NCBI GenBank assembly: GCA_966443485.1
Contig: CBJOJD010000001.1
Location: 1-55,006 of the forward strand
Origin: an uncultured bacterium
GTDB taxonomy: Bacteria; Acidobacteriota; Terriglobia; Terriglobales; Acidobacteriaceae
Reading direction: 5' to 3'
DNA length: 55,006 nt
The notes below the pieces were generated by a model that saw only the letters and a program-made list of their open reading frames with translations, had not been told where the DNA came from and searched no databases. A program made the position numbers and the translations under genes. Below are positions 12,615-22,058 of this stretch, one piece after another; position 1 is the stretch's first letter, and each line of letters opens with the position of its first letter.

Positions 12615-12706
12615 CGCAGGAAAACCCCTTTGTGAGACGCGTGTGACTGCGGTCACGAGCGACTGCGATCTAGGCGACAAGCTCCTGGGAGGATCCAAAA
12701 TTCCAC

Positions 12707-12734
12707 TTGCTTTTCGCAGCAATCGTCCTACACT
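12707..12734 (+). promoter_or_regulatory. Putative sigma70 promoter with no downstream CDS on this strand
   Basis: TTGCTT-16 nt-TACACT directly before a two-hairpin element. Confidence 0.55.
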
Positions 12735-12740
12735 AGAAAT

Positions 12741-12829
12741 TACCACCTAGACCCGGTTCAGGGTCCAGCGGGCAGCCGGTTTCGGGAAATTCCTTCCACT
12801 CCCGATTCTGGCGGCCCGCTTCTTACTTT
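12741..12829 (+). ncRNA. Candidate small RNA with two hairpins and a CCUUCC loop
   Basis: GACCC/GGGTC hairpin; then AGCGGGC-A-GCCGG-TT-TCGGGA, loop AATTCCTTCCAC, TCCCGA-TT-CTGGC-G-GCCCGCT; T-rich tail; upstream promoter. Confidence 0.55.
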
Positions 12830-12905
12830 CCGGAGCAAAATTCTCAGGATTTGGCGACTGCAGGCGGGACCACCCGACTTTCGCTCCAATTCATGTCCTC
12901 AGCTT

Positions 12906-13862
12906 CTATCTCTTCCCCATGGGTATCAGCCCTTGCGCGCGGAGCCAGGTTTCCAACAACGCGGGCCATTGATCCAGCGAGGGATCGCCTTTGCCCAGGC
13001 CGGTCCCGTGTGGTCCGTTGGCGAAAATATGCCCCTCCGCGGGAACCCCTGCCTTCACCAGCGCCTCGTAAAACCGGAGCCCTTGCTCGACAGGAACGGT
13101 CCCGTCGTTGAAGGTGTGATACCAGAAGGTCGGCGGCGTATCCTTCGTCACGAAGAGGTCCGGGGAGTAAGCCTTCCGCAGTTCCTCGCAGCGGTCCATG
13201 ACATTGAAGAGCTTGCAGTAGCTCAGGTGAGAGGTATCGCCGGATATGGCTCCGATCCAGGGGTATCCCAGGACCAGGAAATTTGGCCGGCTCGACACCC
13301 GGTCCAGCGGGTCTTCGGCTCCGGGATCTCCGGGCACCGCCTGCGTTCCGGCCAGGGCTGCGAGGTGGCCTCCAGCAGAAAAACCGATCATCACGATGCG
13401 ATTGGGATCGATCTGGTAGTCGCCTGCCCTTGCCCGCACCAGTTGTACCGCCCGTCGAGCGTCCAGCAAGGGCACGGGAAGCAGATAGCCGTTCAAGCTC
13501 AGCCGATACTGCAAAACGAAGGCGCGGAATCCGCGAGAGGTAAACCAGTCCGCCACCTGCCGCCCTTCCAGGTTCGCGGCAAGGTGCGCATACGAACCAC
13601 CAGGGAGGATCACCACGGCAGAGCCATTTCCGTGTCCGCCCTGGGGATCGAATACGGTCAGCGTAGGTATGTCTTCGCAGGCCTGCCCTTTCGCCTGCGG
13701 AGCATCTCCTGACCACAAGCGGATGGTCTGAATGCCCAGAAATGCGTTGTTTTCACCAGCCGTTGAGCACGGCTCCTTTTGCGCGTGGAGTAGAACACCG
13801 GACAGCACACAAGCCGCCGCAACGACCAGAGAGAACCGTAGGCCCGAACGAGTTGGTTTCAC
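12906..13862 (-). CDS. Secreted alpha/beta hydrolase (esterase/lipase family)
   Basis: PGGSY oxyanion motif, GFSAGGH nucleophile, D..VP and HG; signal peptide; GTG start 6 nt after TATAAT. Confidence 0.85.
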   Translation of the reverse strand: MKPTRSGLRFSLVVAAACVLSGVLLHAQKEPCSTAGENNAFLGIQTIRLWSGDAPQAKGQACEDIPTLTVFDPQGGHGNGSAVVILPGGSYAHLAANLEGRQVADWFTSRGFRAFVLQYRLSLNGYLLPVPLLDARRAVQLVRARAGDYQIDPNRIVMIGFSAGGHLAALAGTQAVPGDPGAEDPLDRVSSRPNFLVLGYPWIGAISGDTSHLSYCKLFNVMDRCEELRKAYSPDLFVTKDTPPTFWYHTFNDGTVPVEQGLRFYEALVKAGVPAEGHIFANGPHGTGLGKGDPSLDQWPALLETWLRAQGLIPMGKR

Positions 13863-14011
13863 GCGGCGATTATAACCAGCGCAGCATCCCGGTCTGGGCA
13901 GAGCGATCACCCGGCCCCCTTAGGCAATCGGCAGTCCGCCCCGACCGCTGTGTGCCGCAACCGCTCTTCGTAATCTCTGTTCTCCCCGGGTGTTAGCATC
14001 AAACCTGACAG

Positions 14012-15667
14012 ATGCAAACGAAGAAGCTGAAGCTTGTACCGTTGGGCGGTCTCGGGGAGTTCGGGATGAACTGCCTGGCGCTGCGCTGGGAAGACGACAT
14101 CATTGTGATCGACGCGGGGTTAATGTTCCCCGAGACGGAGCTGTTAGGCGTCGACATTGTCGTTCCCGACATCACTTACCTTGTTGAAAACAAGCAGCAT
14201 GTCCGCGGCATCATTCTTACCCACGGGCATGAGGATCACATTGGCGGCCTGCCCTGGATCCTCAGCGAAATCAAAGTGCCGGTGTACGCCACCGAGTTCA
14301 CGCTGGCCTACGTGGAAGGCAAACTCGAAGAGCACCAGATGCTGGACGAGACCGAGCTCATCGAGATCCAGCCCAAGGCGCGTTTCACCATCGGTCCGTT
14401 CACGATCGAGCCGATTCGCGTGACTCACTCCCTAGTGGATTGCGTAGCCCTGGCCATCGATACGCCGGTTGGCGTGGTAATCCATACCGGAGACTTCAAG
14501 ATTGATCTCTCTCCGCTGGACGGCAAGGCATTCGACCTGCACACCTTCGCCGAGTACGGCAAACGGGGGGTGCTGGCTCTTCTGCAGGACTCGACCAACG
14601 TAGAGCGTCCCGGTTACACGCCGAGCGAACGCGCCGTACGGCCGCGTCTGGATGAGATCTTTTCCCGGGCCCGCAAGAAGCTTTTCTTCAGCTGCTTCTC
14701 CTCTTCAATCTACCGCATTCGCATCGCCATGGAGCTGGCACGCGAGCACAAGCGCAAGGTGGCCATCATCGGCCGTTCGATGGTGGAGAGCACGGAGATC
14801 GCGCAGGACCTGGGCTATATCGACGTGCCGAATGGGCTGATCATCAATCCCGGACAGATGAAGGATTACCCCGTTGAGCAGCTCATGGTGCTGATCAGCG
14901 GCACCCAAGGCGAGCCGATGAGCGCCTTGAGCCGGGCCGCGGTGGACAACCACAAGCATGCGCGCATCGAGAAGGGCGATACCGTCGTTCTCAGCTCGCG
15001 CGTGATTCCTGGCAACGAAAAGGGCATCTTCCGGGTCATCGACCACCTCTACCGCCGCGATGCCAATGTCATCTATGACGACGGCTCTCACGGGCTGATC
15101 CACGTCAGCGGACACGGTAGCCAGGAGGAAATGCGGCTGCTGATCAACCTGGTCAAGCCGAAGTTCTTCATACCCGTCCACGGCGACTACCGGTATCTGC
15201 GGCGTCATGCCCAAGTTGCCATGGAGACCGGCGCTGTGGAGCATGCCATCGTGATTGAAGATGGCGATGTGCTGGAGTTGGATCGCGACGATGCGCGCAA
15301 GGTCGACAAAGTGACGGCTGGACGCGTGCTGATCGACTCCGGATCCTCCATCGATGTTGTCGAGGACCTGGTCATTCGCGATCGCCGCATCCTCAGCGAA
15401 GACGGGATTGTGCTGGCGGTGCTGGCCATCAACAAGCGCACGGGCACGGTCGAACACGCTCCTGAAGTGCTGATGCGCGGATTCGGTGGGGCAGACATCA
15501 CCGACCAGGCCCGCGAAACCGTCTTGAAGACCCTCGACAGCCTCAGTGAAGAGCAGAAGGGCGACTACGGGATGGTCAAGGAGAAGGTCCGGGTCGACCT
15601 AAAGCGGCTGATTCAAAAAAGCACGGGCCGGCGCCCGCTGATCATGCCGGTGATTCTGGAGATCTGA
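14012..15667 (+). CDS. rnj: Ribonuclease J
   Basis: PLGGLGEFGMN, THGHEDHIG, HTGDFKID, GTQGEP, HVSGH and PVHG motifs. Confidence 0.96.
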   Translation: MQTKKLKLVPLGGLGEFGMNCLALRWEDDIIVIDAGLMFPETELLGVDIVVPDITYLVENKQHVRGIILTHGHEDHIGGLPWILSEIKVPVYATEFTLAYVEGKLEEHQMLDETELIEIQPKARFTIGPFTIEPIRVTHSLVDCVALAIDTPVGVVIHTGDFKIDLSPLDGKAFDLHTFAEYGKRGVLALLQDSTNVERPGYTPSERAVRPRLDEIFSRARKKLFFSCFSSSIYRIRIAMELAREHKRKVAIIGRSMVESTEIAQDLGYIDVPNGLIINPGQMKDYPVEQLMVLISGTQGEPMSALSRAAVDNHKHARIEKGDTVVLSSRVIPGNEKGIFRVIDHLYRRDANVIYDDGSHGLIHVSGHGSQEEMRLLINLVKPKFFIPVHGDYRYLRRHAQVAMETGAVEHAIVIEDGDVLELDRDDARKVDKVTAGRVLIDSGSSIDVVEDLVIRDRRILSEDGIVLAVLAINKRTGTVEHAPEVLMRGFGGADITDQARETVLKTLDSLSEEQKGDYGMVKEKVRVDLKRLIQKSTGRRPLIMPVILEI

Positions 15668-15670
15668 CCT

Positions 15671-15694
15671 GGAGCCACGCTCCGGCGTGGCTCC
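15671..15694. other. Perfect 10-bp hairpin after rnj
   Basis: GGAGCCACGC-TCCG-GCGTGGCTCC; no T tract. Confidence 0.7.
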
Positions 15695-15726
15695 GAGTAC
15701 GACGGCACGGAATCTATACTCACCTC

Positions 15727-16740
15727 ATGGGCGGAGCCACAGCCATGCTGGGGTCGGAGGCGATTCGACTCGTCACCCTCAATGACATTCGGGCTGCCGC
15801 GGATCGCATTGCGTCGGTTATCGTGCGCACACCGCTGGTCCGGGCTCCTTTTCCAGGCGTGGCGGGTCAGGTCTGGCTGAAAGCCGAGAGCCTTCAGCCC
15901 ATCGGCAGCTTCAAGCTGCGTGGGGCCGCAAACAAGATTCTTCAACTCGCCCCCGACGAGATTAGGCGCGGTGTCATTACCTATTCCAGCGGTAACCACG
16001 CTCAAGGGGTGGCGTACGCCGCCCGTGCAGTCGGCGCAAAAGCCGTGATCGTGATGCCGTCCAATGCTCCCGCCATCAAGCGCGCGGCCACGCTGGCTCT
16101 GGGCGCGGAGGTGGTGGACGTCGGCGTAGCATCCAGCGAGCGTCTAGCGAAGGCCGAGGAACTCATCCGAGCCCACGGGTATGTCGTCGTTCCCCCCTAT
16201 GACGACGATGCCGTCATCGCCGGACAGGGCACCTGCGGTCTCGAGATCACCGAGGACCTTCCCGATGCGGATCTGGTTTTAGTTCCCGTTTCCGGTGGTG
16301 GGCTACTCAGCGGAACCGCCGCAGCCCTCAAGCTGGCAAACCCGGCGGCTAAGGTTTTTGGCGTGGAACCGGAGCTGGCGGGCGATGCCGCCGAGAGCTA
16401 TCGCATGGGCCAGATCGTCACCTGGCCGGCCGAAAAGACCAGCCGAACCATCGCCGACGGCCTCCGCACCCAGAGCGTGGGAGAACGGAACTTCGCCCAT
16501 ATTCGGAAGTATGTGGACGGCATCATCACCGTAAGCGAAGCCGAGATCCGCACTGCCATGCACGCCATCATGGCCACCGCGCGGTTGGTTCCCGAGCCCA
16601 GCGGAGCCGTGGCCACGGCGGCCCTGCTCTTCCACGCTCACCAACTTCCTCCCTACAGAAAAGCTGTCGCGGTCGTGAGCGGTGGCAATGTCGATCCCCA
16701 GCTCCTGGCCGAAGTCCTGGCTGAACACTCGGCCGGCTGA
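15727..16740 (+). CDS. PLP-dependent threonine/serine dehydratase family protein without regulatory domain
   Basis: KAESLQPIGSFKLRGA, SSGNHAQ, GGGLLSG, EPSGA and SGGN motifs. Confidence 0.9.
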   Translation: MGGATAMLGSEAIRLVTLNDIRAAADRIASVIVRTPLVRAPFPGVAGQVWLKAESLQPIGSFKLRGAANKILQLAPDEIRRGVITYSSGNHAQGVAYAARAVGAKAVIVMPSNAPAIKRAATLALGAEVVDVGVASSERLAKAEELIRAHGYVVVPPYDDDAVIAGQGTCGLEITEDLPDADLVLVPVSGGGLLSGTAAALKLANPAAKVFGVEPELAGDAAESYRMGQIVTWPAEKTSRTIADGLRTQSVGERNFAHIRKYVDGIITVSEAEIRTAMHAIMATARLVPEPSGAVATAALLFHAHQLPPYRKAVAVVSGGNVDPQLLAEVLAEHSAG

Positions 16741-16882
16741 GGTTCTTGCCGCCCGCAGCACCCGAGGACTCCCTCCGAAAGACGTTTTGGGTGGCATAGG
16801 CCTTCAGCGGATGGGCCGGGTCGGCCTTCTCTCAAGCTCACCAGTGCGAGCTGCTTGCGTCGTTTGATCTATGATGCCGTTG

Positions 16883-17911
16883 ATGACGATCCGCCGCGTT
16901 GTGCCTCGCCTGCTTGCGTTCTCCCTTGCCTCGGTCGTTCTGCTCTGTTCGCCCGCGTTTGCTGACAAGAAGAAAGACGAGATACAGAAGCCTATCGCCG
17001 GACCTCGGGCGACGGCCTTGCGGGTGACCTGGCTCTATATCTCCCCCGACCTGCATGCTCAAAAGGTGGATCGCGTGCAGCCGGGGCGCGAGATGGTGGT
17101 TGCGGAAAAGAGTGGCCCCTGGCTGCGGGTCTACGCCAATACCGACATCATGGAAGCGCAGAGCGACCGTGACGCTCCGCTGATCGGCAGCGATGAGACT
17201 CCTCCACCCATCTCCGGCTGGATGGAAGCCCGCGGCGTTGTCGTCGAGAACACGCCGGACGGCGACAAGGTGGTGATGGGCGAAGCGGCCGATCAGGAGC
17301 TGGCTGCCAGCGATCCGCGTGGGCCGGCCCATGCGGCGCAGATCGCGCGCCTTCTGTACCGGCGGGTGGTCGAGATGTTTCCCAACTCGCCTTTGGCGCC
17401 CGAGGCGGCCTGGCGTGCTGCCGACATCCGCTGGCAGCTCCAGAAGGCCGACGCTTCTTCCCGTCCATCGGCCAAAGAGCAGGCTGCTTATATGCGCGAT
17501 CAGATGGACGAAGATGAAATGAAGAAGATCCTCAAGCTCTATCCGCATACCCGTCAGGCGGCGATGGCGGCCTTCGATCTGATCGACAACAAGCTCTGTG
17601 GCGACTGGCAAGGCCAGGAAAAATGCCCTGCCAAAGAGGCCGAGCTGTATGAGCACTACACGGAGGAGTATCCCGACGGTCCTCGAACCGCGCAGGCTCT
17701 CTACCTGGCCGCGTACCGAAGCAGCGTGCTGGTGGATATGTTCAAGGCGGACAACAACGACAAGAAGGCGGAGGGGGCGAAGGCCCATGCCCTGGAGCTG
17801 ACCAGGCGCATCGAGGACAAGTTTCCCCAGACTGACTATGCCGCCCGGGCGGCCGACCTGGCCTTCAAACTCAACCAGGGCATACCCATCTACGGTATTG
17901 ACATGGAGTAA
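16883..17911 (+). CDS. Exported protein with an SH3-like N-domain and TPR-like helical repeats
   Basis: Signal peptide ending AFA; repeats FPNSPLAPEA, YPHTRQAAMA, YPDGPRTAQA, FPQTDYAARA typical of BamD/CpoB-like TPRs. Start could also be 16871. Confidence 0.7.
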   Translation: MTIRRVVPRLLAFSLASVVLLCSPAFADKKKDEIQKPIAGPRATALRVTWLYISPDLHAQKVDRVQPGREMVVAEKSGPWLRVYANTDIMEAQSDRDAPLIGSDETPPPISGWMEARGVVVENTPDGDKVVMGEAADQELAASDPRGPAHAAQIARLLYRRVVEMFPNSPLAPEAAWRAADIRWQLQKADASSRPSAKEQAAYMRDQMDEDEMKKILKLYPHTRQAAMAAFDLIDNKLCGDWQGQEKCPAKEAELYEHYTEEYPDGPRTAQALYLAAYRSSVLVDMFKADNNDKKAEGAKAHALELTRRIEDKFPQTDYAARAADLAFKLNQGIPIYGIDME

Positions 17912-18043
17912 CCAAGGGCTCTCTGGAGCGCACGAATTCACCTGCAAATTGCGATGTGTGGTTTTATCATCGATGCAGACTCATACGCAATTTGGCTGGC
18001 GCGTGCGAAAGAACAGCGCTTTTGGGCGCATTCCGGAGGTCGT

Positions 18044-18925
18044 TTGAACGTCTACATCGAGTCCACCATCCTTGGCATCGTAGAAGGCCTGACCGAGTTT
18101 CTGCCGGTCAGCTCGACCGCCCATCTGCGCATCACCGAAGCCTTCATGAAGATCCCCATGGACGATGCGTACTGGAAGATGTACACCATCGTCATTCAGG
18201 CCGGTGCCATCCTGGCCCTGTTGATGCTCTATCTGGGCCGGATTCTCGAGTTCCTCCGCACGTTTCCGCGCGGCGAGCGCCGCGACCGCAATCTCTTTAC
18301 CCACCCGCTGTCGCTGACCATTCTGGCCTTCGTCTGCACCTCGATTCCCTCTCTGCTCCTGAAGAAATGGAGCGACCGGAACCTGAGCAGCCTGATGGCC
18401 ATCGCCATCGCCCTGGTTGCGGGCGGCCTCATCATGTGGGTTGTAGACGCCTGGGCTTCCCGCTATGAAGCGGGCACTATCCACGTGGAGGAGATGGGGT
18501 TCTTTCAGGCCCTTTGGATCGGCCTCTGCCAGTCGCTCTCAGCGATCTTTCCGGGGACCTCCCGTTCCATGTCGACGATTGCCGCCGGGCAGCTTGCCGG
18601 GATGGACCGCCCCACGGCCCTGGAGTTCAGCTTTCTGCTCTCCATTCCCACCATGCTGGCTGCAACTGGATACGACCTGCTCAAAGAGATTCACCCCAGC
18701 AAGGCCGCGCTGGCGGCCGGTCAAGGCGTTACCAGTGTTGCCATGACCGGCGAACGCTGGACGGTGCTGGCCATCGGCTTCGCGGTGTCGTTCGTGGTCG
18801 CCTTCGGAGTCGTCGAATGGTTCCTGGCCTGGGTGCGCCGGCACGGGTTCACGCTGTTCGCGTTCTATCGGATCATCGCCGGCGGCTTCCTGATGCTGTG
18901 GGGAGCCAAGCTCATCGGCAGCTAG
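18044..18925 (+). CDS. uppP: Undecaprenyl-diphosphate phosphatase (BacA family), copy 1
   Basis: GIVEGLTEFLPVSSTAH, PGTSRS and FSFLLSIP; TTG start after GGAGG. Confidence 0.92.
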   Translation: MNVYIESTILGIVEGLTEFLPVSSTAHLRITEAFMKIPMDDAYWKMYTIVIQAGAILALLMLYLGRILEFLRTFPRGERRDRNLFTHPLSLTILAFVCTSIPSLLLKKWSDRNLSSLMAIAIALVAGGLIMWVVDAWASRYEAGTIHVEEMGFFQALWIGLCQSLSAIFPGTSRSMSTIAAGQLAGMDRPTALEFSFLLSIPTMLAATGYDLLKEIHPSKAALAAGQGVTSVAMTGERWTVLAIGFAVSFVVAFGVVEWFLAWVRRHGFTLFAFYRIIAGGFLMLWGAKLIGS

Positions 18926-18931
18926 AGATTG

Positions 18932-18960
18932 CCCACGGAATCGAATCAGGATTCCGTGGG
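18932..18960 (+). terminator. Hairpin after uppP, possible terminator
   Basis: CCCACGGAATC-7 nt-GATTCCGTGGG perfect 11-bp stem; no T tract. Confidence 0.5.
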
Positions 18961-19253
18961 ACCCCGCCTCTTTGCGGCGGAGCCGGGCCTGCAAGGGTGA
19001 CGCTCCGCGGCAGCATTAAACCAGAAAATCTCCGGTTTCTGGCCTTTTCCGGGGGCCTAAGTTCCTGGCACCGGCTCCTGCTCCTTTCTCCTTCCCACAG
19101 GGGTAGACATCCAGGTTCCCCCTGCCTTGTTTTGCCGAAGATTCGCCTGCCACGCTGGGATAATGGAGACTGCTCTGGGATTTCTCTCCTCCGCCCTGAC
19201 GCTCGATCGCAAACAGGATTGCGGTGGGCGAACCGAGCGGAGTTGGCGTCCCC

Positions 19254-21887
19254 ATGATCAAGCCCATCCAGATTGCCCTCGCGCCCACGCGGAGCCGCCC
19301 CCTGAACATGTTCCTGGGGATTATGCTGGCGCTTGTCTCGCTTCTGATACTGCTCGCTCTCGTCTCCTATCACACGGCGGACCCCTCCTGGGACACGTCC
19401 ACCGATCCCGTTGCCTCGTCTGTCATTCATAACTGGGTAGGCCCGCTGGGTGCGGTCGCCAGCGACTTACTCCTGCAGACACTTGGGTTTACGGCCTTCT
19501 TTCTGCCGCTTTGGCTGGGTGCCGTGGCCTGGGGCTGGATGCGCTCGCGGTGGGCCGGTTCCGCCTGGCTGCGGGGTCTGGGAGCCCTGCTGGCCGTCAT
19601 CTTCGTGCCGACGCTTTTTGGACTGCTGCCCTGGCACTGGCGCTGGCTCCACGCGGTGCCGCTGGAAGGCGTTGTCGGCCGGCTCGTCTCGGGCGTGCTG
19701 GTCGCCTACCTCAACATTCAGGGGGCTTGGCTGGTCGCGCTCGTTCTGGCTACGGCCGGGATCTACTTTGCGCTGGCCATCTCTCTGCACACCGTCTGGG
19801 AGATGATTGAAGACCGCTGGATCCGCCTGCAGGCGACCCGGGATCGTTGGCGCAACTGGCGCGAAGAGCGAGCCGAGGAACGAGCCGAGCGCGAGGAGGC
19901 TCTGGCAGAACAGCAAAATCCCGGTCCCGCCCAGCGCATCTTCTCCGGAGCGATCGGGAGTGCGGATGAAGCCTTTGAACCTGTCGCCGCACCAACCAGC
20001 CGCTTTGCCGCGTGGTTTGGACGCAAAAAGGCCCAGACTGTGGATCCGGTGGCGGATATACCTGCCTACCAGCGCGCCGCTGCCCGCCCACTTGAGGAGC
20101 CCTCGGCTGCTCCTCAGGCCACTCGCCGCCCCAGCATCTGGGAGCGCACTACCGAGGCGGTGACGGCAGTGCCTCCGGTTCCTGTTCCGGCGACGGCTCC
20201 TGCCCCGCAACCCGCCCCAGCTGGTTCCGGGCATGCGCAAGCCATTCCCATCGAAGCTCGTGCCGAAGCGCGGCCTCAGGCTCAGCCTTTACCGGTTGCT
20301 CCGCGTCCCGACCCGGTTCCGGCGCCCGCTGCTGCCCCCGAGACCACGGGCGAGATCGCCATTCACGAGCGTGCCGACGCCGATGTGAAGCACGTTACGG
20401 TGGCTCCCAAGAATGTCAGCGGCTTCAAGCTGCCGCCCAGCACGCTTCTGAATCCCGGCGGCGGCCCGCAAGCGGTTCGCGAGGAGGAGCTGCGCGAGGA
20501 AGCCAAGGTTCTGGTAGAGAAGTGCGCCGAGTTCGACGTGCGCGGCCAAGTGGTGCAGATCAATCCTGGACCGATGGTTACAACCTACGAGTTCAAGCCG
20601 GAAGCAGGCGTCAAGTACTCCCGGGTCACCGGATTGGCTGATGACCTCTGCCTGGCGATGCGCGCCGAGAGCATCCTGATCGAACGCATGGCCGGTAAGA
20701 GCACCGTCGGTATCCAGGTGCCCAATCACGAGAAGGAGACGATTCATCTGCGCGATGTGCTCGAGTCCGAGACCTTCGCCAAAGCCAAATCGCGCCTCAC
20801 CCTGGCCATGGGCAAAGACATCAATGGCCGCATCGTCACCGCCGACCTGGCCTCCATGCCGCACGTGCTCATCGCCGGATCGACGGGGTCCGGTAAGTCA
20901 GTGGCCATCAACGCCATGATCATGAGCCTGCTGTTCCGGACGACCCCGCAGCAGGTGCGCCTGATCCTGGTGGATCCCAAGCGCGTGGAACTGGGCATGT
21001 ACGAAGGTGTACCGCACCTGTTCACCCCGATCATCACCGAGCCCAAGTTGGCCGCCAATGCGCTGCGGAACGCGGTACGCGAGATGGAGCGCCGGCTCAA
21101 ACTGCTGGCCTCGCGCAGCGTGCGCAACATCGACCAGTACAACAAGCTGTTTGAGGGCGCAATGGCCTCGCTCTTCGACGATGGCGAGCCTGAGGAGCCG
21201 CTGCCCTACATCGTGATCATCATCGACGAGTTGGCCGACCTGATGATGCTCGACCGCGCGAATGTTGAAGAGTCCATCACCCGCCTCGCGCAGATGGCCC
21301 GCGCGGTCGGTATCCATTTGGTGCTGGCAACCCAGCGTCCCAGCGTAGACGTTATCACCGGACTGATCAAGGCCAATGTGCCCACCCGTATCAGCTTCCG
21401 TCTGGCGACAAAGGTGGACTCCCGCACCATCATCGATACCAACGGCGCCGAAGCACTGCTGGGCCGCGGCGACATGTTGTTCTTACCGCCCGGAACTAGC
21501 CGCCTGATGCGCTTGCATGCTCCTTACGTCAGCGAAAAGGAAACTGCGGCGGTCGTGCGGTTCTGGAAGGATCAGGGCCAGGCTGAATACGTGGAAGGCT
21601 TCCTCGAGTCGCCCAAAGACGAACGCACTCAGGTCGAAGGTGGCAGCAACAGCGGTGAGGACGAGAACGATCCTATGTTCGATGACGCGGTACGGCTGGT
21701 CTTCGAATTCGGGAAGGCGTCTACATCGCTACTTCAACGGCGCTTGCGCATTGGCTACGGACGCGCTGCCCACCTGATCGACCTGATGGAGCGCGATGGG
21801 CTGGTTGGTCCGGCCGACGGCTCCCGCCCCCGCGAACTGCTGAAGGCGCCTGGCTGGCTTCACGAAGTCACCGCGGGTCAGGAATAG
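19254..21887 (+). CDS. ftsK: DNA translocase FtsK
   Basis: N-terminal TM domain, Pro/Ala linker, GSTGSGKS, IIIDELADL, LATQRPS and gamma domain LQRRLRIGYGRAA. Confidence 0.96.
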   Translation: MIKPIQIALAPTRSRPLNMFLGIMLALVSLLILLALVSYHTADPSWDTSTDPVASSVIHNWVGPLGAVASDLLLQTLGFTAFFLPLWLGAVAWGWMRSRWAGSAWLRGLGALLAVIFVPTLFGLLPWHWRWLHAVPLEGVVGRLVSGVLVAYLNIQGAWLVALVLATAGIYFALAISLHTVWEMIEDRWIRLQATRDRWRNWREERAEERAEREEALAEQQNPGPAQRIFSGAIGSADEAFEPVAAPTSRFAAWFGRKKAQTVDPVADIPAYQRAAARPLEEPSAAPQATRRPSIWERTTEAVTAVPPVPVPATAPAPQPAPAGSGHAQAIPIEARAEARPQAQPLPVAPRPDPVPAPAAAPETTGEIAIHERADADVKHVTVAPKNVSGFKLPPSTLLNPGGGPQAVREEELREEAKVLVEKCAEFDVRGQVVQINPGPMVTTYEFKPEAGVKYSRVTGLADDLCLAMRAESILIERMAGKSTVGIQVPNHEKETIHLRDVLESETFAKAKSRLTLAMGKDINGRIVTADLASMPHVLIAGSTGSGKSVAINAMIMSLLFRTTPQQVRLILVDPKRVELGMYEGVPHLFTPIITEPKLAANALRNAVREMERRLKLLASRSVRNIDQYNKLFEGAMASLFDDGEPEEPLPYIVIIIDELADLMMLDRANVEESITRLAQMARAVGIHLVLATQRPSVDVITGLIKANVPTRISFRLATKVDSRTIIDTNGAEALLGRGDMLFLPPGTSRLMRLHAPYVSEKETAAVVRFWKDQGQAEYVEGFLESPKDERTQVEGGSNSGEDENDPMFDDAVRLVFEFGKASTSLLQRRLRIGYGRAAHLIDLMERDGLVGPADGSRPRELLKAPGWLHEVTAGQE

Positions 21888-21907
21888 CAAACTGCCCGCG
21901 CAGAAAA

Positions 21908-21935
21908 GCCCAGGTCCCGCTGTTGGGACTTGGGC
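21908..21935. terminator. Hairpin after ftsK
   Basis: GCCCAGGTCCC/GGGACTTGGGC stem preceded by AAAA. Confidence 0.5.
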
Positions 21936-22058
21936 GAGGCTCTGGCCCCGTCCTCCCTTCTAAGCACTCATCGCTCCCGCCGCTTTGCCCCTCATCTCCA
22001 TCCAAAAGCGAACCCCCATTCATGACGCGACGTCTAACTCCTTAAGGAGCGCAGCTAC

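Noticed and set aside
12741-12829. SRP RNA, tRNA or TPP riboswitch identity for the two-hairpin element
   Set aside because: No SRP CAGG-GNRA-AGCA domain in order, no cloverleaf or T-loop, and no TPP CUGAGA motif on either strand.
18961-19253. Pyrimidine-rich spacer before ftsK as a possible RNA or small ORF
   Set aside because: No convincing stem set, family motif or SD-supported ORF.
20080-20345. Pro/Ala-rich low-complexity tract in ftsK
   Set aside because: Ordinary FtsK linker; not a nucleotide repeat or insertion element.
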